A stretch of DNA of 64,000 nucleotides, taken from the NCBI GenBank assembly GCA_016212165.1, contig JACRGY010000106.1, forward strand, positions 851-64,850. Reading direction: 5' to 3'. Shown piece after piece: positions 58,802 to 64,000 of the stretch. Each line of letters starts with the position of its first letter. Within the stretch, counting starts at the first letter, position 1. Origin of the DNA: Nitrospirota bacterium. GTDB lineage: Bacteria > Nitrospirota > Thermodesulfovibrionia > Thermodesulfovibrionales > UBA1546. The notes below the pieces were generated by a model, which was not told where the DNA came from, did no database searches, and saw nothing but the letters and a program-made list of their open reading frames with translations. A program made the translations under genes and the position numbers.

Positions 58802-59115
58802 TTAGCGACCATAACGAGCAATTGCCTGGTTATTTTTACAGTAGCACCAGCAGCAATAAGAAGTAAACCATCCCGAAGCCCCAAGTCATAAATAGCCCAT
58901 GCAAAGGCCTGAGGAATAACGCCATAGGAAAAATTAGCAAGAGCATCCGGATATGGAATTACAGACAACAGTCCGAGAAGCAAAGAAACGAGTTCGAAAT
59001 AAAAACCCCGCAATATGTCTATCAGCTGATTATAGAATTGAGAAAAAAAGCAATAGACAGCTTGCCAGAGCTTTTCAATGTAAGAAAAAATACCGCTTAA
59101 CCAATCCATTATCAA
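58798..59115 (-). CDS. minor coat protein, pVI-like (DUF2523-like)
   Basis: 105 aa and multi-TM. Lies immediately upstream of zot, as in inoviruses. Confidence 0.65.
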   Translation of the reverse strand: MIMDWLSGIFSYIEKLWQAVYCFFSQFYNQLIDILRGFYFELVSLLLGLLSVIPYPDALANFSYGVIPQAFAWAIYDLGLRDGLLLIAAGATVKITRQLLVMVAK

Positions 59116-60455
59116 TCACCCCCTACAGCTATTTTCCAAGCCAGAATAAAACTACCAGTAAGGACACACCATCGAATTATTGCAAGCATATCGTTAAAAT
59201 GAAAGGCGTCTAAATTCAGCACAGGTTGACCATATCCTAAGGAAGTTAAATCTAAAGAATACTGATGAGGAAAACCGCCTTGCCCCGATAAATCAGCCAA
59301 TTTGTTTACAAGACCATACAGAGGAAGAGCAGCTAAGGCAGTTGATATTTGTGTTTTAATTATTGTCCAATCATTCTTATAATTATATTCTCCGCAGTAG
59401 CCATCCGAAATAGGAGGAACACCTTCTGTAGGAATAACATCAGCATCAGAAGGAAGAACAGGCCCAGTTGTTATATCATAAATATTAGAACCATCGACTG
59501 CAGGCACACCTGATATCGTATAATCAGCGGACGTTAAAGGAACAGGCCCTAAGGCCGCTATCCCATTATTTATCGTAGTTGAAATCTGCTTATAACTTGT
59601 AACATCACCGGCCCCCGCACCGATAGCAGCTTCAGCCGAAGCAACCCCAGCATCAGAAATAGCTTTAGCTTCTTTTAGATAATCATTAACGCCTTCATAA
59701 GCAGACCAAGGTAAGCTGGATTCACCCTCATTCAAATCCACCCACGGAATGTCAGAAGGCAAAGAAGGGCTAAAACTTCCTTGATCATAATAATAATACG
59801 CCGAAGGAAAAGTTACATCCCGATAAGTATTAACCTTAGTAGTACCCGAACAAGTTTGAAAAAGCAGATTTTTAGTTTCAGAAGAAGAACGATAACCTTT
59901 CAATTTATATTCGGTATCATTTGCAAAAGGATTAGCGGGTTGATGCCCCTTGCTATAGTTATACCAGTCCGAGGTACCCATTACATAATCTTTGACACAC
60001 TCCCCACAGACTTCAACAGTTTCTATTTTAACAAGATTAAAAGTCATATAGACCTCAGCACCGCCGGTTAAACCCCAATTTTCAACAGGAGACAAGGGCA
60101 CACCCGTAGGAGCAAGAGGCGGAGGAGGCTCGGGAACAGATGCAGGAGGAACCGGAACATTAGCGACAGTCAAATCCTGATTGCCGACATAAGAAGAATA
60201 TGCAGAATATGCAAGCATACCAATAGCAAGAGCAGTCCCAACATAGGGAATAGGTTTTAAATATTTAGCAGCCGCAAGAGCCCTAGATATCAAAACGGAA
60301 CGTGCCGCAACCTTTGCAGCACCCGAAGTAGTAAGTTTCATATATTTATTATAGTTACGCTGAACAGGAGTAGCAGAATAAGAATATACCGGCAGAGAAA
60401 AAATATAAAAAATTATAAATGCAGATACAAAAATTTTTTTAAAAATTCTAGACAT
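59112..60455 (-). CDS. adsorption/minor coat protein, pIII-like
   Basis: 447 aa. Signal peptide, Pro-rich linker VPVPPASVPEPPPPLAPTGVP, and a C-terminal TM anchor. Confidence 0.65.
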   Translation of the reverse strand: MSRIFKKIFVSAFIIFYIFSLPVYSYSATPVQRNYNKYMKLTTSGAAKVAARSVLISRALAAAKYLKPIPYVGTALAIGMLAYSAYSSYVGNQDLTVANVPVPPASVPEPPPPLAPTGVPLSPVENWGLTGGAEVYMTFNLVKIETVEVCGECVKDYVMGTSDWYNYSKGHQPANPFANDTEYKLKGYRSSSETKNLLFQTCSGTTKVNTYRDVTFPSAYYYYDQGSFSPSLPSDIPWVDLNEGESSLPWSAYEGVNDYLKEAKAISDAGVASAEAAIGAGAGDVTSYKQISTTINNGIAALGPVPLTSADYTISGVPAVDGSNIYDITTGPVLPSDADVIPTEGVPPISDGYCGEYNYKNDWTIIKTQISTALAALPLYGLVNKLADLSGQGGFPHQYSLDLTSLGYGQPVLNLDAFHFNDMLAIIRWCVLTGSFILAWKIAVGGD

Positions 60456-60876
60456 GAGATTTTACCCCCTGTAAAAAAGATAACGCAAGGACAACGCCGA
60501 AAGCAAAAGCAGAGACATCTAGAATTAATGCAATTGTTGGATAATCTTCAGAGACCCACACAGCAGTATAAGTAATAATGCCATTATCGGTAGTAGAAAA
60601 AGACAGGTGAGAAGTAAAAGGCTGAAAAAGAGAATCACATTTAGCGGGCAACAACAGCTCTTGATTATACGTAAGAAGAAAACCTTCACGGGAAGCAAGA
60701 TTAGTGTTGGCTGTAATTAATACTCCCTTATCGTTATTGATACCAAGCGAATTATAGATAAATTTAATTCTTCCAATATCTGCACCAGGGCAGAGAACAT
60801 CAGCACCAACTATTTGTGACGCAAAAGACGGAGAAGAAAATAAAAAAATAAAGACAAGAAAGAATATTTTTTTCAT
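60448..60876 (-). CDS. secreted/anchored phage protein
   Basis: 142 aa. Signal peptide MKKIFFLVFIFLFSSPSFA and a C-terminal TM. Confidence 0.6.
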   Translation of the reverse strand: MKKIFFLVFIFLFSSPSFASQIVGADVLCPGADIGRIKFIYNSLGINNDKGVLITANTNLASREGFLLTYNQELLLPAKCDSLFQPFTSHLSFSTTDNGIITYTAVWVSEDYPTIALILDVSAFAFGVVLALSFLQGVKSHV

Positions 60877-60886
60877 ACAACCTCAT

Positions 60887-60922
60887 TTTTAAAAAAGGTG
60901 AGGGGGCATATTAAGCCCCCTC
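60887..60922 (-). terminator. rho-independent terminator after the major coat gene
   Basis: Minus strand: GAGGGGGC-ttaatat-GCCCCCTC followed by CACC-T6. Confidence 0.8.
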
Positions 60923-60929
60923 AGAAAGA

Positions 60930-61076
60930 CTACCTAATGAAACTAACTACTGTTCTGTACGCCTTCCGAGCTATTGGAAGAAGTATCATTACACCTGCAA
61001 CTGTAGCAGCTGCTACAAGCAGAATAGGAACAGTAGTTGATACGGAAGAACTAAGTCCGTCTACAAATGCCTGCAT
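60930..61076 (-). CDS. major coat protein (pVIII-like), 48 aa, unannotated
   Basis: GGGGGTGA RBS. Product MQAFVDGLSSSVSTTVPILLVAAATVAGVMILLPIARKAYRTVVSFIR has an acidic/polar N-terminus, a hydrophobic core and a basic C-terminus. The track shows only an antisense ORF here. Confidence 0.75.
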   Translation of the reverse strand: MQAFVDGLSSSVSTTVPILLVAAATVAGVMILLPIARKAYRTVVSFIR

Positions 61077-61082
61077 TATTTT

Positions 61083-61202
61083 TCACCCCCTTTCATCACC
61101 ATTAATTAGGCTGACTATTAAGGAATAGCCAGCCCCAATGAGGTAAAACAGAATGACAGAGAAGAAACCGGCAGAGATGTAAAGAGAAAGTTCAGAAGCC
61201 AT
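61083..61202 (-). CDS. 39-aa hydrophobic protein (pVII/pIX-like position), unannotated
   Basis: Product MASELSLYISAGFFSVILFYLIGAGYSLIVSLINGDERG. The stop lies 6 nt before the coat-gene ATG. Confidence 0.5.
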   Translation of the reverse strand: MASELSLYISAGFFSVILFYLIGAGYSLIVSLINGDERG

Positions 61203-61204
61203 TT

Positions 61205-61402
61205 TTAGACTACCTCAGAACACATCTGAATATAAGCATTAATTTTACCCTTAAAAACAGTACCGGTTTTATGCTCTTTATCACTAAAGACAGTAATAGA
61301 ATCGGATTGACCATCAGGACGCTTTACGAGAACGTTTGAATAGTTTTTCCCGTTCTTTGTTTTGCCAGTTTTATAAATCTGGCCTTCCAAATCCACAATC
61401 AT
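61205..61402 (-). CDS. 65-aa putative ssDNA-binding protein (pV-like position)
   Basis: GGAGGTG RBS before MIVDLEGQIYKTGKTKNGKNYSNVLVKRPDGQ... Beta-rich and basic. The track start at 61477 lacks an RBS. Confidence 0.5.
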   Translation of the reverse strand: MIVDLEGQIYKTGKTKNGKNYSNVLVKRPDGQSDSITVFSDKEHKTGTVFKGKINAYIQMCSEVV

Positions 61403-61448
61403 AGACACCTCCAAAAAAAAAGATATATTAGGGATAACACCAAAGGCG

Positions 61449-61625
61449 TTATTTTTCCCATTCATCTTTAAAACCACTTATGACAAAATCCAAATCTTTC
61501 CGAGCGCGTATAAGAATTTCAGAGACAAGAGGGTCAGGAAGGAGATTTAAGTCAACACGGAGACCGACAAGGTTAATTATCAAATCATCAAGACGCTGAA
61601 CGCTATCCAAAGCCAAAGACTTCAT
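61449..61625 (-). CDS. 58-aa phage protein, unannotated
   Basis: ATGA coupling to the upstream ORF. Product MKSLALDSVQRLDDLIINLVGLRVDLNLLPDPLVSEILIRARKDLDFVISGFKDEWEK. Confidence 0.45.
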   Translation of the reverse strand: MKSLALDSVQRLDDLIINLVGLRVDLNLLPDPLVSEILIRARKDLDFVISGFKDEWEK

Positions 61626-61843
61626 ACCGGTTTAACCTCGGACAACTTAGGCTGAACAATTACAAATTCAATAATATCTCTTGCAAGTATGCCCCAAAGA
61701 GTTAAACCCTGGACGCAAAGAACATTAGAATAAACAGCAACCAACTCACCCTGAATAGGATGACGCTGAGAATAGATAGTTCTTATAAGAACATCCATAC
61801 CAATATATTCTTTATAATTAATACAACTAGAAGTTACCATCAA
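61622..61843 (-). CDS. 73-aa phage protein
   Basis: Overlaps its neighbours by 4 nt on both sides (operon-style coupling). Confidence 0.5.
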   Translation of the reverse strand: MMVTSSCINYKEYIGMDVLIRTIYSQRHPIQGELVAVYSNVLCVQGLTLWGILARDIIEFVIVQPKLSEVKPV

Positions 61844-62223
61844 TTTAGAGTTACAAATAAAGCAGGGGAATAATGGTTATTGCCCTGGACAACGTAGCCC
61901 TGTTTTTCAAGGTGTGAAATTATTACGGTATCATCCAAGCCACTCCGAAGTGGAGTAGTAATTTTATAACCTTTGCATTTCAGGTATTCAATCAGTTCAT
62001 CATTACGAAAGCGTTCTACTGCAGGGCAGGGCCTAGGAGGAGAGGAAGGAAACTTTTTAAGAAAGAGCCGGAGGATGCAGCCGACCCACTGAGAAGATAA
62101 ATTATTAGTCTGTGCATAGAGCTCTAAGTCATCACGAAACGATTCACGGAAGAATTTAAGAAGAACCTGTTCATTCTGATAGAGGATGAAGCCTTGAACG
62201 TCTCTTTCGATTCTGTAACCCAT
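61840..62223 (-). CDS. 127-aa phage protein (first gene of the module)
   Basis: No family recognised. Followed by coupled ORFs. Confidence 0.55.
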   Translation of the reverse strand: MGYRIERDVQGFILYQNEQVLLKFFRESFRDDLELYAQTNNLSSQWVGCILRLFLKKFPSSPPRPCPAVERFRNDELIEYLKCKGYKITTPLRSGLDDTVIISHLEKQGYVVQGNNHYSPALFVTLN

Positions 62224-62275
62224 TTTATAACCTCACTTTTTAGGTTTATTATATGAATTACTGAAAGAGTATCAG

Positions 62276-62303
62276 ATTTAACATAATATATCTTATCGGA
62301 CAT
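62276..62303 (-). other. dif-type XerCD recombination site (right; best match)
   Basis: Minus strand: ATGTCCGATAA-GATATA-TTATGTTAAAT. The XerD arm is identical (11 of 11) to the remembered E. coli dif GGTGCGCATAA-TGTATA-TTATGTTAAAT, and the inner XerC arm GATAA compares with CATAA. Confidence 0.75.
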
Positions 62304-62431
62304 ACAGTATAAACAAAGATTGTCAGTAAGTTGTTATCAACCTCGCTTCTGCCTTATGCGGACTTATGGCAGGACTTGCCTTTAGCGGTTCTGAACGACT
62401 TTTAGGCAGATTAAAAAATATTTAAAATCAC

Positions 62432-63679
62432 TCAGTTATGTGACATGAATGGGATGCCGACAAGCTGCCCTTCTTGTAACCCCTCTATCTGCACACAAAC
62501 AAGGGATCCGCGAGAGTAAGCTTTTGATGGTATCAGAATTTTAAGGTAATTACCGGATGTCCCATAACATGTGCCATCACTGCGGCTTTCTTCAATAAGG
62601 ACCTCAAGGGTTTTGCCTGTCTGCTTAGTCATATACTCGATTTTTTTTCTCTTATTAAGAGCCTCCAGGGCGCGAGCCCGTTTCTTCTTTACTGGAAGTG
62701 GCGTATTATCATGCATTTTTAAGGCTTTGGTATCTGTCCTGGGCGAAAAAGGGAAGATATGCATAAATGTTATTGGAAGGGATTCAAGCAGATTATATGT
62801 ATTCTGAAACTCTGCCTCGCCTTCTCCCGGAAAGCCAACAATTATGTCTGTACCTACTGCAATATTCGGAACTCTTTTGCAAATGTCCTCGATTTTAAAG
62901 GAAAATTGCTGAGAACTATATAGCCTGTTCATTGATTTCAATATATTATCATCTCCGCTCTGAAGAGGAATATGCAAGTGATTACACAGCCGTTTGTCAC
63001 TAAATATCTCAATAAGTTCATCATCAACCTCCCGCACTTCTAAAGAACTAAGACGAATCCTGCTTATTTTTGTTTTTTTAAGAAGAGTTACAATTAAGTT
63101 TGAAAGCGTTACTTTAGGTTTTAAGTCGTGGCCGTAAGTTCCCAAATGAATGCCTGCTAGCACTATTTCCCTATATCCTGATTCTACTGCTTTGTTGACA
63201 CGCTCCACAACAACCTCAGCATCTTCACTTCTTGAAGTGCCTCTGGCCTTTTGTATAGCACAGTAGCTGCAGGAATAATTGCAGCCATCCTGTATCTTGA
63301 CGAAGAGCCTGCTTCTCGTCTGCGCCGGAAAATATGAAGAACTGTCTATACGGCAGCCTGTGAGCTTATATACAATATCCAGCTTGTTGTTGTTTACAAT
63401 AATATCTTCTACCCCTTCCATAGCGCTAACGCTTTCCCTGTTAAGTTCAGAATAACACCCAGTTACAAGGATGCGCGCCCCTGCCCTGTGAGCCCTTCTT
63501 ATTAACTGTCTTGACTGGTAGTCGCTTTTTGATGTTACTGTGCAGGTGTTTATAATGCACAGTTCGGGCTTTTCCGTGAGCTCGACAATTTTATGGCCGA
63601 AACTCTTCAGCGCCCCTTCAATTGAAGAGCTTTCAGCCTGGTTTACTTTACATCCCAGCGTTAAAACAGAAATTCTCAT
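62432..63679 (-). CDS. mtaB: tRNA (t6A37) methylthiotransferase
   Basis: 415 aa. LGCKVNQAES (UPF0004), CNYSCSYC radical-SAM motif, and a C-terminal TRAM. Confidence 0.85.
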   Translation of the reverse strand: MRISVLTLGCKVNQAESSSIEGALKSFGHKIVELTEKPELCIINTCTVTSKSDYQSRQLIRRAHRAGARILVTGCYSELNRESVSAMEGVEDIIVNNNKLDIVYKLTGCRIDSSSYFPAQTRSRLFVKIQDGCNYSCSYCAIQKARGTSRSEDAEVVVERVNKAVESGYREIVLAGIHLGTYGHDLKPKVTLSNLIVTLLKKTKISRIRLSSLEVREVDDELIEIFSDKRLCNHLHIPLQSGDDNILKSMNRLYSSQQFSFKIEDICKRVPNIAVGTDIIVGFPGEGEAEFQNTYNLLESLPITFMHIFPFSPRTDTKALKMHDNTPLPVKKKRARALEALNKRKKIEYMTKQTGKTLEVLIEESRSDGTCYGTSGNYLKILIPSKAYSRGSLVCVQIEGLQEGQLVGIPFMSHN

Positions 63680-64000
63680 TAGCGAAAGTCCTTGTCCTTA
63701 AACATGAGCTCTTCTTCTCGTTGCGAATCAATTCCGACAAGCGAGTGCCGCATTGCCTTTACGATACTGACATCCGCTATCTGGCCCGGAGACACCTTGT
63801 TCCCGCTGAAGTTAACTATCTTGTTTGTTCTTGTTCTTCCTGTAATTTTTCCTTTATCTGTCTTGCTTGCCCCTTCAATAAGCACTTCCTGCATTGTTCC
63901 TTCAAGCGCCTTGTTCTTTTTTAGGGTAATCTCATCCTGAAGTTCAAGTATTTCGGCCAGCCTTTGCGATTTGACGGAATCAGGAACCTTTTCATCCATT
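63679..64000 (-). CDS. miaB: MiaB-type methylthiotransferase, C-terminal (TRAM) fragment; gene runs off the right edge
   Basis: ..RLAEILELQDEI...GRTRTNKIVNFSG...GQIADVSIVKAMRHSLVG. TAATG overlap with the mtaB start. Confidence 0.7.
   Translation of the reverse strand, partial: MDEKVPDSVKSQRLAEILELQDEITLKKNKALEGTMQEVLIEGASKTDKGKITGRTRTNKIVNFSGNKVSPGQIADVSIVKAMRHSLVGIDSQREEELMFKDKDFR

Larger units (their letters stand above)
55165..62303 (-). mobile_element. integrated filamentous phage (Inovirus-like, ~7.1 kb) bracketed by dif-like sites
   Basis: Minus-strand module: small genes, ssDNA-binding-like, micro-TM, 48-aa major coat, secreted protein, pIII-like, pVI-like (DUF2523-like), Zot/pI ATPase, HUH Rep. 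Directly repeated 28-bp XerCD-type sites at both ends. Confidence 0.85.

Noticed and set aside
60898-61128. 76-aa plus-strand ORF from the track.
   Set aside because: The opposite strand encodes a far more convincing 48-aa major-coat-type protein, with an RBS and a terminator, plus a 39-aa TM peptide.

Overview
This 64-kb chromosomal window comes from an AT-leaning, anaerobe-type bacterium. The REP elements and gene content suggest a Nitrospirota- or Desulfobacterota-like lineage, but I cannot verify that here.

Content from left to right:
- Housekeeping genes: ndk fragment, mdh, a secreted Ig-repeat protein, tpiA, secG.
- A NifA-like sigma54 activator.
- A short integron-type cassette array: one canonical attC, cassette-boundary complementarity and a brnTA cassette, with no integrase in the window.
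- A large sigma54-controlled nitrogen island. It holds HTH-porin-amtB-glnK, then nifH-nifD-nifK-TSUP-nifEN (fused)-nifX-nifI1-nifI2-[202-bp palindromic element]-fdx-nifB-small TM-hesA-like, then amtB-glnK-amtB.
- A housekeeping block: repeat/kinase-remnant protein, orphan SBP, nrdJ, pdxJ, acpS.
- A LuxR regulator divergent from a Cys-rich protein plus receiver operon.
- A TSUP-modE'-tupABC oxoanion uptake operon, then nadE.
- A ~14-kb sigma54-wired Che-type signalling cluster.
- A DUF362/ferredoxin gene.
- A ~7.1-kb filamentous-phage (inovirus-like) prophage bracketed by two dif-like XerCD sites.
- mtaB and the 3' end of miaB.

The most interesting signals:
1. A 7-cysteine module (C-x5-C...CP...C[WY]..[AS]GT.C...C-x2-C) occurs four times in three architectures. 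It is free-standing twice, fused to the C-terminus of an MCP, and inserted in a GAF domain of a histidine kinase. All four copies are embedded in chemosensory or two-component contexts.
2. The dif-integrated inovirus has several unannotated tiny genes and a retropepsin-like cargo gene.
3. The integron-like cassettes.
4. A palindrome yTACAAAwwTGTAg recurs upstream of all five nitrogen-island -24/-12 promoters.
5. Families of heptanucleotide tandem repeats occur in intergenic regions and also in frame inside nifEN.

All calls rest on reading the sequence and on remembered family motifs. No database search was possible.
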